Shown here piece by piece: positions 51,101-64,000 of a stretch of 64,000 bases of DNA. The DNA is taken from NCBI GenBank assembly GCA_038496445.1, contig JALMLS010000120.1:52188-116187 (forward strand), read 5' to 3'. Made by a program: the position numbers and the translations under genes. Source of the DNA: Trichosphaerium sp. ATCC 40318 (taxonomy: Eukaryota > Protista > Tubulinea). Numbering within the stretch: position 1 is the stretch's first letter; the number at the start of each line of letters is the position of its first letter. The notes under the pieces were generated by a model. That model had not been told where the DNA came from and made no database searches. It saw nothing but the letters and a program-made list of their open reading frames with translations.

Positions 51101-54100
51101 TGGAGAGGCTGTACGTTTTGCATTAGAAGCCAATCCTAACAACTTTGTAGACATTCGCAAGAGCTTTCGAAATTATCATGCTAATACGATCTCTTCTTGA
51201 GTCCTCAGTGTGGCGTGACTGTATCCTGGACCAAGTATCTGTCTTTCTAACAGAAACAACGCCGAAGATTAAACCAGATGAGAATGATCACTTTCCTGAG
51301 GAGCTAGCACGTTCTAGAAGCTACTACGCTGTGCTATTTGTGCTTTTCCTACTTGGTGGCAACTGTGATGTCATTAGAGAAGGTGGTACTGTAATGCACG
51401 TGAAGAAACGGTAAGTGATACACTATCTATCAAATCAACTTAGATCTTACAAATAGGTTGGATGATGGTCGTGTGGTATTCTATAAACCTCCAGAAGAAT
51501 CTGTTAAAGTATCTTTCAATGATGGAGATGCTTCTATTTACGATATTGCAGACTTGAGAGCGGTAAATACTATTGAACACTTGGGTGATAACTCACTTAC
51601 CAACTACTTAGGTTGACACTGTACCATATAAGCCAACGTTTTCAAAGGCTACACCTGTCTTTATAGATGCAGTAGTTCGCATTATTTCTATGGAACTTAG
51701 TGTTGAAAAGACTACGAATTTTGTAAAATATCTACTCTTAAAGTCAAGATGTGTTCGCGCTCTTACTGTCGCTATTAACGTACCCCACAATTTATCTCAC
51801 ATGTGGGAACGAAATGTAACACGCTTAATTAGGATGTGGAAACTGCAAAATTGTTGTTGAAGAGTGGCGAGTCGGCTTTCCGTGCTCTAGCCAAACTGAG
51901 CTGTCTTCAGATCAATAGGGCAATTTCTCGTAATGAGCTCGAGCATTTGTCTCTGAAGCACTGGCAGCTATTTTATACAATTCAAAACGCACCAGTAGTG
52001 CCTGAAACAAAGAAGGAAACTCAGGAGTCACCTGAGCAAATCAAAGAACGAGCTGAGATGTTGGCTACACTTCAAAAAGACTTTCCTAGTATTCCAAAAG
52101 ACCAGTTGGAATCCATCTTGTCCAAGGTAAGGCAACGCAGTCATTTACTGATAATTAATATTTCATAGGCTGGATACAAGCTAGATGAAGCGAAAGAGGT
52201 AAATAGCACTTTCTTTTGACTTTCTTTTGTCAGTATTTTAACAGTTTTAACTTCATTTCCGCCTTGTTTGTACTCGTTTTATTGACAACCCTTTTTAGAA
52301 TGTTGAAGCAAATAAAATGAGAATTCTAAGCAATGAGGTGATGCAAATCGTAGGTCGCGGATATCCAACTAGCTGGTGTAAAAAGGCTCTTGAAAAGAAT
52401 GAATTCAACATTGAAAAAGCTAGTGCTTGGGTCAAAGACAATATCTTTCAGCTAGCGAGAGAAGAAGATGATCAACTTAACGACTACCAAGTACGCACTA
52501 TAATAATCCTAATGTCGCTTGGTTCTCATCGCTTTACTCCCAGGGAGAAGAATCTTATAGTGATCGCTTTTTCCCTCCTACAAAACGTGATACAGATAAC
52601 CCTCCTCCAATTGATAAGATTTACAGCAACAACACAATGTCACAAACTCAAGTTGTAGCAAACATTATTGAACTAGATGGTGCTGCACTTGTTATGAGTG
52701 CTCGTGTCGCTTTACTTACAGTACGTCATTTAGACCGAATAAGATATTGAATAACATACCTTGTAGCTGCTGGCATCTACAGAGAAGACTATCCGTGATG
52801 CTGTAGTACACAAGTACCTAAAGCCACAGCAGTTTGTAGATTTCATGCACTTGGTTGTTTTCAAAGGAGAGAATACGCTCAGTGTCAATAAGCGCTCTGC
52901 AACAAGTATTATGGCCAGTGTAATTCGTGAATCTATAAAGACAAGCAACGAAGAGGTTAGGAACTTTTATTTAAATCAAACTTTTAATCAACTAATTAGG
53001 AGTCAAAACAACTTTTGCAAGCCATTGTCAACGAGTGTTCAGCTCAGCTTGCACGGTTATCAGCACAAGACTACACTGATAGAGCTGCTAAATCTGCACT
53101 ATCTGGACTCAATACTGTAGAATGGGTTCTCGAATTTCTGCTTGAAAGTGATAATCCAGATAATGCAACATATGTAAAACACATTTACGAAGCATTATTG
53201 CTTGCCATGAAATCTGCTGTGATGTCTATAAAAGAGCGTGTTATGGATATGATAACGTCTATTCTTAAATGGCTACAAGGTAAAGAATTTGTGAAAGAGA
53301 TCCTAGATAAACTACCACTTCAAAGACTTGAGCAACTTGGTACGTGTTTATTGATGATACAACAAACTATTTATTTCAGTGCTAAAAGCTTTGTGTGTTA
53401 GTTACAATGCGTCTTGCTACGGAGAGAATACAAGGTTTGGTGAGCACTGAATACTTATGCAGTCTTGTGGATGTTGTATCATTAGCACGTGAGCTACAGT
53501 CACACCCTGCGCGTGCCCAAGTACGTTTTATTTTAATTCTTTGAAAGTGTTATGAATGACTCCATTTTGTAGCAAGCATTGGACAAAGCAAAAGGCATTC
53601 TACCATTTTGCCTTGAATGTACTGAAATATCAGATAATGCCATCACGCTAGGTACACTCTGCCCCGTTTACTGTACCAATTCCTAAATTAATTGTTTAGA
53701 GTGGACAACTGTTCGTCGGGCGTACTGCTATACTTTCTATGAGATTGAATACCGAATCTCTAACTCTGACAAATGGGAGTCTTGGTACAGGTAAGCTCAC
53801 AATAACTAGCCTTTTATTACCAAGTACTTTCTGACCGTTTTTTTAAGAGGAAGTCTGCGAAAGGTAAGAAAGACCATGAAAGGTGCTACAGAGTATCAGT
53901 TCCGTGCAAATGCCAAAGTTGGACAATGGACCTCTGGTTGGACAGCACCAATTCATGTTAGTACACATGCTAGCCAAGGTACATATGCACTTCAAAGTTG
54001 CATTGACTAACGTCAACTTAACAGAACTTGACTTGAAATTTGATCAAACAGAAGGCAATTTTGGTAAAAATGTCGAGTTCTCAAATGAAGGCAAAGCAAT

Positions 54101-57100
54101 CAAAAAATTAGAAGGAGACGCTTGGGCGATGGCGTTTGCTACACAGTCTATAACTTGCGGTGTACACTATTGGGAAGGTACGTTATAAAGCCAAGCATGA
54201 AAACGAACGTTTCCGACTAATGGTATTCAAAGTACTTGTTGAAAACTCTCGCATGGGAAGCGGCACGGTCTGGGTTGGTGTTGCTGACAAGAACAAGAAC
54301 ATATTGACTAATATAACTGGGTATGAGCACACTTTTTATTAGTTTTCAGACTTTTTTTCTTCGATTTGTTGATGGTGTTTTAGTTGGGGATTTCTTAATA
54401 TCAGGCGTGTCAAAGATTGTTTTACGGATAAAACAAGAATATACGGCAGGAATTTTGGATCAGGAGATATTGTTGGCGTGTTGCTTAACTTCAACGATGA
54501 GACTATAAAGTTTTTTGTAAACGGTGAACCTCTAGGACACGCTTTCACGCACCCTCTTAAGTTAGCCGGTAGAGAACTATTACCGGTTCTGGGTGTACGC
54601 GAATCTAATACTAAGATATCATTCTTGTCCAGAAGCTTATCTTATGGCACGTGTTTTCTGTTATACTTTTAGTTTATACTTGATCTAACCATAACATTTA
54701 GCCGGTTTGACTACTCCGAGCATCTCCAGTTCGCTGCTAAACACAGCATCACTTGTTAGGTGCCGCCAACATAACCACAAGACACCTACTCCCTTCTTGG
54801 TAGAAGTAAGCTTAATAATCACTCCCATTTGTGCCCTAATTATGAATGTAGGCATACCATATGTGGAAGCTTTGGCGCCGCGAGAGCAGCTATATTTGTA
54901 TTACTAGACCAGGAATACCAGTTCAAATGTCCATATCTCCTGACGCTCTAAGAGGTCACACGTTTAAATTTGGTGATATTGTAGCTACACCAAATGGTGA
55001 ATGTACAGTTGTTGGTGTTCAAGGAGACAATGTGTTCTTTGAACCCCGCAGTAGAAGCAAGAAAGGTATATTGTATCTACTAGCCCGTACGTAATATTAA
55101 CAGCGCTTTTTTTAAAGGCGTATGGTATTGGCCTGAGAGAGATATTAAGGCACGTGCTGAAGAGTTCAAATTTATTGCAAAGTCAACTCCGTATGGCTTT
55201 GAACCGAATAAGAAGAAAGGTACAGCTGAGCAAAACTTTTAACATACTAAGTGACTGCGTAAGGTAATTACATGGAATTTGTTGCGTATTGTGATGACGA
55301 ATGGTCAAGGCAAATGGACGATTGTATCCTAAACGCTATTAACAAGTATGTGGTTTGTTTTATGTTCACACTCAGAAACTCATACTTGTTTGTTTTAGAT
55401 TAAATGAAAGACAAGATTGGGTATCCAATATATCTGTACAAGATCTCCTGGAATCACTTAAAGACCAACCTTGTATGGAAGGGAAAAACTCTGATGCTTT
55501 ACTTGCAAGGGTATGTTCTTGTGTTTGTTCAACAAATACCGCATGCTAACTCGTTGCAGGCATCATATTTCAGAGCCTTAAATACTCATCTTGAGCACTT
55601 ACTCTTTACCACCAACTTTGCAAAGTTAAGTGATACATGGGGCCTTGGAAAATGTGTCAGCACTCAGAAGCATGTCATCCTGTACCAAACGAAACTGAAG
55701 GTTATTCGAGAGTACGTGTAATTGATGTCAATATCACGTGGACAAGTATTTTGGCTAACATGCTTGGTAGACTTTTAGAAAAGACCAGGTATCACCCTAC
55801 TCTTCCAGAAGATGAATATGAATCTCCACAGCACCTTCCTCAGGTACTTCAACAAAAATTGGAGAAAGAAAATGACGTGATTAACTTTGTATTAGTTTGA
55901 ACTCAACAGGAATAAAGCAGCTAATGCTTCTGATTGCCAAGGTAAGATTAAAGCGAATATTATCTTGTTTGTACTAAATCTGATCTATAGATGCTTACAA
56001 GCGATTAAAGTCGTCTCTATTTGGTCAGATTTTCCTTCACATGCAAGCAGAAAAGAAGTACAACTGGGTGCGCCTCAGACAGTCCACAGTTGGTATTCTG
56101 GATGCAGGACAAAAACGTGCCTTCAAGGTAAATACACTAAAAAGTATGAGCTGTCTTATAGTACGTTAGGTTAAATTCCACGGAGAAGGAGTACAAGATA
56201 ATGGCGGACCATACCGTGAAGTTTTTGAAGATGTTGTTTCTGAGCTACAATCAGAAGTTCTTTCACTATTTTTACCGAGCCCAAATCAGATCCATGGTGA
56301 GGGCGAATACAGAGACTACTTTACAGTGAACCCTGGCGCTACAAAGAATCTAGATAGAGAAATGTATAGATGCTTCGGCCAGTTGATTGGTATTGCCATG
56401 AGAAGGTTAGAAACTTGAATTTAATAAGATATTCATTTCTGACTCTATTTAAGTGAACTCACTTTGAACCTATCTCTACCTTCTCTACTTTGGAAGGGCT
56501 TAGTCGGAGAAACAGCTACAATTGAGGATTTGGAGATGGTTGATTCACGCAGTGCAAAGATGATACGGGATATTATTACTCCTCCAGATGGCATCAATGG
56601 TACACTTGTTTGTTAGCAGTTTTACTGGTCTGTAACAGTTTTGGTTTAGAAGAAACATTTGCAAGCATTTATTTGGATACAATGTTTGTACTCCCTGGAA
56701 ACGAACAAGTTGAACTCAAGCAGGGTGGAGCCGAAATAAAGCTTACGTATGAATCCCTTTTTTACTTCAAACAAACCAAGAACAACACTCATTGTATAAT
56801 AGGTGGGAAAACAGAAAAGAGTACGCAGATCTACTTCTAGAAAAGAAGCTGCAGGAAGGATCAAAGATGGTGAAGTCTATTAAGCAAGGTGAGAACAAAA
56901 TAGTGAATACAAGGTATATCTTTAGCGTTTCTTACTCTTTTACAGGTCTTGGAAACATCGTACCATTGGAATACTTGAAGTTATTTACATGGCAAGAACT
57001 CGATCTTCTCATTTGTGGATGTCCTACAGTGGATATTGGGCGCTTAAAGGTACCAACTATTAGTAGTGATTAAACACGGACTACCCAACTAACATTTCAA

Positions 57101-57495
57101 ATAGCAAAACACCATTTACGAAGGCGTTGCTCCAAATGACAAACATATAAAACTATTCTGGGAATCACTTGAAGAATTTACACAACCTCAACGTAGCCAA
57201 TTCTTACGCTTCGTTTGGGCTAGATCCAGGCTTCCTGCGTCGTGTAAGTCACTTAAGGTTTACTATATAGGCCCAGCCATTAACTTTTGTTGTAGCACTT
57301 CCTATGCCTTTTAAAATGCAGGCACCGCCACCAAAGTCTCGTGGAGAACCAGATAAACATCTACCAACAGCTCAGACATGCTTCTTCTCAATAAGCTTGC
57401 CTCAGTACTCGAGCAAGGATATTTTGAAAGCAAAGTTATTGTACACTATTCAGAATTGTATGGCTATGGATAATGATTTCTTGATTGGTGGGTAG
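45195..57495 (+). CDS. very large multi-exon HECT E3 ubiquitin ligase with UBA/CUE, LamG (ConA-like), FN3 and SPRY domains
   Basis: Starts MGNTSC. UBA CMKALEMANDDINVAINFL. LamG FTVSLWV..NKWTHIACT..MYVDG. CUE-like LQKDFPSI. UBA GYPTSWCKKALEKNEFNIEKA. FN3 LEW..YEIEYR..ATEYQFRA. SPRY GVHYWE..GDIVGVLLN..FFVNGEPLG. HECT FHGEGVQDNGGPYRE, FLRFVWARSRLP and LPTAQTCFFSISLPQY with catalytic Cys. Stop at 57493-57495. Confidence 0.9.
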
Positions 57496-57811
57496 AAGAG
57501 TAAATCGCTCAACAACACATAGCTAAAAAACAAAACAAAACACACCTGTACAACTGTAAAAAACCAAAAACAAACATTTTTGCCACACAATCTTTTTGCT
57601 TTGGATTTGCTTGAGTCAAACATTAGCTTGCAGTTAGTTAGTAACAAAGAAAAGTGCTTGTTGAGCAATGATAATGACAAAGAAAAGAATGCAAACGTGC
57701 TAAGTGCAATTTTTATGTTTACACTGGTGGATTTGTTGGGTCGGGAAAATATCCATAATTGTTGGATAAAGCAAATCCTAGAAGGACTAGAAAGGCTATC
57801 CAGCTTATTCC

Positions 57812-59486
57812 ATTAACAACACGTATCACGAAAAGTATAAACTTCCACGGAGCTAATCCTTGAGGGATAATAAATTTGGAAAACCTAAATTTGTTAAAAA
57901 GAGAGGTCGTTTACAAAAGCTGTATGCACGTACTTCTTCAATGCTAAGCAATCCCCTGATGGGCCAACATCGGTATCAAATTCATCGCTGTCATCGTTTG
58001 TAAAATTAATAACAGCTTGGTAATCTTCTTGATATGGACTAGTGCCAAGGAGTTGAATGTCAGAAAAAGTTTGTTTTCGACACATTCTAAAGATAGGTAC
58101 AAAAAGAATTGTTGAAGATATTACCAGAACACCTAAGGCTTGAACGCAAACGCCTAACAGTGTTTGGCCCCAGTTAATCTTATCAACCTAAATACACATT
58201 AAGTTTGAGGTCGTGCTACAAAGTTTACATACTGACACCGGACGAGCTTTTACAACAAACCTAGACTCAAACAGTCAGCAAGTTCGATATCATATAAAAG
58301 GTACCAAATAATAGCAGCAACAAAGATAATCATTGAGATGCCTTCAAATACGTAGATAAATACTCTGCAAAATAAATGCTTCTTTGCACTCTTTGTGTGC
58401 CGTTCGTTGGTTTTCAGATGAGTCATGAGGCTGATGACGAGAACAAACAGAATCCAAAATCCCCAAATAAATTCAGACACCTCCACTGATGTCCTAAACT
58501 TATGAATTCCCGGCCACATTGGCCTTTTTAGATGACCAAAAGCATAAATCCATCCCATTGTAACACCTTCTTTCAGTTAGTATTATAAACTAACGCAAGA
58601 AAAAGCCACACCAGAGAGACTATATTCACTACCGTATCCATACAGGTGTAAAACAAATCCAGGTAATGCTGTTTGAAGTAACCCTAAAATGTCAATGATG
58701 TTCGTGACATCAGAAAATTACTTACCACACAAACACATGCCCGTAACGTCTCTGAACATTTTGACAGCCACAGAAGCAAATTCTACAAGGTTCAGAATAC
58801 GCGGATTGGTACAAGTCAATACCTGGTTGAGGATTCCCCACTATGAAATCAAACAATCCCCATGTCGGTCCATTCTTGTACCCATAACCAGCGCTCTAGC
58901 AGATAGAACATCAACTTAAGTACCGTTATGATACGTACTTGGTAGGTGGTGTGGTCGACATAAAATCCTAAAGAAATCGCAAAAAAGAAAGAAAAGAATA
59001 ACACAATTCTTCTGCTGATGTCAAGCCGAGTGGACGCAAACACAACGCAGACCTAACACGTGACTCAGCCATACAAACTAACATATTAAAAAAAAACCAA
59101 AAACTAACTGTCAACACCATACTGGAAGTCACGTGGCAGTTGCTTACGTACCAATGCCAAAAAAAAGCCTACTGGCCATCGCAAAGCTGCATCATGTAGT
59201 AAAATACCTTCGAATATTGTTTCATTCGCCAAATTTATCTGTGCAGGCCGTACTGTGTAGCGTTAGAAATTTCTATTTGCGTGTACTAAGCTATTTTGGT
59301 TTAGCTTGAAGGTGTCGTACAGCCAGGGTGCCAGCCACCTTTAAACCGAAATAATACGCCGCTCACACATGACAGAAAGATAATAATGGGAGAATACAAT
59401 GCTAGGTGAATTGCGCCGTGTTTGCAACGCCTCCTTGAAACGGAGGACGAAAACTTGTAAGGTATGTACATGTGAAGTATTAGCAA
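57812..59486 (-). CDS. hypothetical multi-pass membrane protein (multi-exon; ends approximate)
   Basis: Several hydrophobic exons (IVLFFSFFFAISLGF, FIWGFWILFVLVISL, VFIYVFEGISMIIFVAAIIWYL) separated by GT-AG introns. Family not recognised. Confidence 0.5.
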
Positions 59487-60005
59487 AAATTTGATGGTTG
59501 AAGGCTGTCATTTTTGTTCAACGCAAAACGTGACCTAGCAGGTCTTTTTCAATCGGCACGTGAGGTGTATAGGTTGTACTCACTCCATCGCGTACGAGTA
59601 GTAGAAAGTACTATCAACTGCTAGACAGTTTGGCTTTTTTCAAAAACCACCAGCCGTTGTAATACTACCAAAAATGAAACACCTAAGGCCGTACAGGGCG
59701 TTGCAGGAGTGTAGTTGGACTTGGAGCTAAAACACCAAATTTTGTTCATCAAACACGCTCAAGAGAACTGCTTGCAATCAAATTTAGCTATGGTTGGCTT
59801 TAAAGCGAATATGTCGCTACCATGAATGTACTGAAAATGACTGCCACATTTGGAGCTCTTGTGCGTATTAAGACGTTTGGAGCGAATAACGGGTTGAGTT
59901 TTCCGTGCTTGGTAAGTTTCTCGGAGTTTGTTTTTTTCACTGGCAAAAACCAAGAGTTTATTTTATTCTAGAAATAGTGCCTGCCCTCTAGATGGGCTAA
60001 CAAAT

Positions 60006-62584
60006 ATGTCAAAAGATCTAGCGTGGCGGTTTTCGCAGGTTTTTGGCGCTACGTCGCCTGCACCAGTCGATGAGGGTAAGTGCGCTTTATTTGCGTATTT
60101 TCACAACGCAGAGAGTGTGGCAGTACAGTATCTTATCGCAATAGCGTACTTGCGCATCTATTAGTCACAATAAATGCCCTGCAGGAAGATTAACAGTGTT
60201 TAGCCGATATAATCTCTACAATCGAATTTGATCAAACGGGATCGTTCTTGGCAGTTGGCGATAGGGGTGGGCGAGTCGTAGTGTTTACTAGATCGACTCC
60301 TACGAAAACTGTAAGTGCAGGCACAAAGTAACTACTTCGGAATTAAAACCAATCTATTTTTTTTTTGACGGTAACCGCGTTGGACACAAGCGGCTGCGCG
60401 GTCTAAACCAATCCATTTACTAAAAACAAATAATCAATAGCGGTGGAGTAATTAATGGTGTCCAATACATTGTTATTTATCCACCGTTGGTATCAATGGC
60501 GCTAACTAAATACATTTTTGCGCTAAATTCGAGCACGCAGCCTTTTTTTTTGTTTTTCCAACAATTTACAGACTAACTCTACGTGCAAAAGGGTAAACTC
60601 CCAGAGTACAAATTCTTGGTGGAATTTCAGAGCCATGAGCCTTCGTTCGACTACTTGAAGTCTCTAGAAATAGATGAAAAGATAAATGCAATTAAATGGT
60701 TGCCAAGACGGAGTGCTTCTCGCTTTTTATTGTCGTCCAATGGTATGTTTGTATTTTATTGCGTTAAAGCGTGCTATATTTCTGCACATAAGGCGACTTT
60801 TGCATTTGGAGGATTATTGTAAGCATCAAAAACAATTGACAGGTTTCTTTAATAGATAAAACGGTAAAATTGTGGAAGATATTTACGAAAACAGCGCACA
60901 GATTTACTGACCTAAATATTACAAGTGACTATCGCGGTCGAAAGGAAGTTGTACGTCGACAAAAACGGGTTAGCACGCTTACAAAAAAAAAAAATGAAAA
61001 ACTGAAAAAAAAAACTGTCAAAAAGAAAAGAAACTTAGTCTTGTTATTCAATTACTTTTTGTAATTTTTGTACTTACAATCCAATTACAGATTAAAAAGC
61101 TCAAAGTTCCTAAGATGGAGATAGAGGATGTAGCCGTAATGGCCAGTCCTTGCAAAAACTACGAAAACGGCCACATGTTTCAAATCAATTCGGTGTCACC
61201 AAACTCTGACCAACAAACTTTCTTATCTGCTGATGATCTACGGATCAATCTCTGGAATTTGGATGTCACATCTGAGTGTTTCCAAATTGGTACGTTGCTC
61301 TATGGATTTATGGCAGCAGTTTTATTTTTTTGGATAAATTATTTATTTGTCTATTTTGTTTTGTTCGCTTTCAGTTTTGTAGTTTTTAGCGTTATTAAAA
61401 TTATTGTAGTTGATAAAAAACCGGAAGACATGGATGAACTATCTGAGGTTCGTGCAATATAAAAGGATTTTGTTGTAAAAATAGTTTGCGTTATTAATAG
61501 CACTAACCGTCTTTTTTTTCTATAGGTCATAACCTCAGCAGAGTTTCATCCACGGCATTGTAATATATTTTTGTATAGTACCAGCAAAGGCTGTGTTAAA
61601 ATGGCAGACATGCGTGCAAATGCGTTGTGCGACAGGCACTCTAAACGTGCGTATTATATATTCATCAAACCATACTAGCACGTGTAAATACCAAAACAAA
61701 AACCCGTGGAAATTGAGCTTTTGATTTTTGTACCACCCAAAAATGGCAAAACCCTTCGCTGACGACTGTACAGAGTTTGAGCACACAGTAGACTCCAAAA
61801 ATTCGTCTTTCTTTGCAGATTTTCTATCATCTATTTCGGATGCCAAATTTTCCAGGGATGGCAAGTTCATTATTGCACGAGACTACGTACAACTAAAAGT
61901 TTGGGATGTGCGCAAGGAAAAGGAGCCTTTCAAAACGTTTGATCTACACAACCACCTTCGTTCGAGGTTTTGCGAACTCTACGAAAGTGATACAATTTTC
62001 GACAGTTTTAAATGTTGTGCTAGCCCAGATTCAAAGTGCGTGTTGTTTTTTTTTGTTTTTTGAAGCAATAGTTCTTTTTGTGTTAAAACCGTTATTTGCC
62101 ATGTTCTCTTTTTTTTTTTTCAACAGCTAATATTCGGTCTTGGTAGATACACATTAACTGGAACGTACAATAATAAGTTTGTAATACACAATATTGCCCG
62201 TGGTACAGCTGTTAACCTGGAAGCGGCAAAGTTTCAACCACACAAAGCTGCAGGTACGAACAAGTTTTCTTACTTGTGTTTTTTTTTATAGTTCCTTCTG
62301 ACACTCTGTAGTTGATTTGTCACGGAAGGGCACTATCAACAGCTTAAACATTCCATTATCTCCAGCGCACCATAGAAGTACGCGCATTCGCGGTCACAAC
62401 GTTGAAACTTACTAATTTCTGTATAGTGTCAAATGGTAACGCCAAAGCTGCAGCTGCGCACAGCGAAAATCTTGATTTTACAAAAAAGATTCTGTGTACC
62501 GCTTGGCATCCTAAGGAGAACGTCATTGCAATTGGGACAGCATCTTCTTTGTTCACATACAATGCTGTAGACGCTGATAAGTAA
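60006..62584 (+). CDS. PPP2R2: protein phosphatase 2A regulatory subunit B55 (CDC55/PPP2R2 family)
   Basis: [76 protein letters not shown] and [23 protein letters not shown] at 62582-62584. Confidence 0.95.
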
Positions 62585-64000
62585 TGACGACACGCTGTAT
62601 AAAAGTGTAAATTTTTAAAACAAAAAGAAGGAGATACCATTTTTGGATGGCAAAAAAAAAGTTTGTTGTTTTTGTTTTTTTTTTTTTTGGCTGACGTTTC
62701 AAAATACTTTGCACCTTCCTATGCAACTGTCAACACTTATTTTTTGTAATACGACTTTACAGCATTAGCAAACTCTTCGACAACATTTTGTTCTACACCA
62801 CGTGCTCTACCATCGCCCAACAGGTCCGCTAAAATTATGTTAAATGTTATGTCTGCAATCTGTAGTGCACCTTTTGTTCCCGCAATGTACAATTTACATT
62901 GCTTTTCATTTGAACGTAACTCTTCAGCCCAGTTCTTTACTTTGGCAAAACTTGCGGTATTTGTCAGATCTATACAGTCATGTTACAAAACAACGAACGC
63001 TATTGTTGATTACAGCTGAACGCAAGAAGAAGGAAGCTAAGTGTCACATTCCTCCATAGCAATTCAGTGTATCCCCAAAAATTCAGTTGTGACCACTCTT
63101 GCGCATATGGAAGCGTTGGGGCATTTCAAAAATGACACGAAGTAAAAAAATTGTGTCGGGGGTTTTTTCGTGTAGCTTTTTGCGTACCAAAACAAATGAC
63201 GGCAGCTTTCGCAGAGCGATAGTAAATGCGTGACATGCTCTCGTAGCGCTCTACGTAAAATAGGAGAGTCAGTAAAACGTTATTGCTTCTCACTAGTACC
63301 AGCGCCAGCAGTATCCTAAACACTGTTAGATGGAAGCGGAGGTATTGCCTTTTAATTTTACCCAAATACCCAATGTCACCATACCACCCGTTTTGAGGTG
63401 AATGCGTTTAGCGCCAAACGCTGCGCCGACGGTCTAGTAGAATTAGACGATCAAGTGTTTTCGAATTAAAACCAACAACATTACGGAGGTTAAAAACTCT
63501 TTCTACCCAACAGATCACGTACAGCTGTAACATTCTCGTTGAACTTTCCCTGTAAATAGCGCTCAACAAGGCTGGTTTTACCCACGGAGTGCATACCCAA
63601 GAGAACAACCTTAACGTCTACTTTGGAGCTCATGCTGCGTATCGCTTTGTAAATGTGACTGTAACTTCAGAAAATAGTAGAACGTCGTGGACGAGCCAGT
63701 ATGTTTTCAAGAACGTGCCACAAGACGCCCTCCTATGACACTGGTTATCTATTATTACGCTAAAACACTGACTAGAAAGGCACACAATGCAAATTATTTG
63801 GGTTTCTTCTTTACGTTATGAAAAAAAAAAAAAACAAAAACAACAAACTTTTTTTTTGCCATCCAAAAATGGTATCTCCTTCTTTTTGTTTTAAAAATTT
63901 ACACTTTTATACAGCGTGTCGTCATTACTTATCAGCGTCTACAGCATTGTATGTGAACAAAGAAGATGCTGTCCCAATTGCAATGACGTTCTCCTTAGGA
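62509..64000. repeat. perfect inverted repeat: 62509-62688 versus 63821-64000 (B55 3' end), continuing beyond the window
   Basis: The 180 nt arms are exact reverse complements, including the 14-nt T/A run at the inner ends. The spacer is 1132 nt. Confidence 0.97.
62689..63633 (-). pseudogene. RAB24: Rab24-like small GTPase truncated immediately after the G5 motif
   Basis: [54 protein letters not shown] and YFETSAK. The frame then runs into an A-tract belonging to the B55 3' region. No final helix or prenylation motif. Confidence 0.8.

Overview
AT-rich, intron-dense genomic DNA from a microbial eukaryote. An amoeboid protist is a guess, and the taxon cannot be fixed from sequence alone. Introns are short, often 40-60 nt, and nearly all GT-AG, so most ORF-track entries are exon fragments. 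I joined exons by hand, and gene boundaries are approximate unless stated. Recognisable genes: a myristoylated AGC (Akt/SGK/PKBR1-like) kinase, a GST plus a tandem GST pseudogene, SPF45/RBM17, an HTTM-domain membrane protein, a filamin-repeat/Sel1-repeat protein, a C-type lectin surface protein, a very large UBA/LamG/FN3/SPRY/HECT E3 ligase, the PP2A B55 subunit and a truncated Rab24-like GTPase. The most unusual content is a set of F-box proteins with atypical partner domains: a dsRBD-dsRBD-F-box protein, an F-box fused in frame to a degenerate G-alpha, an intronless F-box-like/MORN-variant protein and two F-box/LRR proteins. Also present are a StyC (styrene oxide isomerase)-like membrane protein, a HEPN-like relic, a ~2.1 kb inverted duplication carrying a pseudokinase, piggyBac-like and Tc1-like relics, a MITE-like hairpin, and a perfect fold-back repeat at the right end that cuts the Rab gene.
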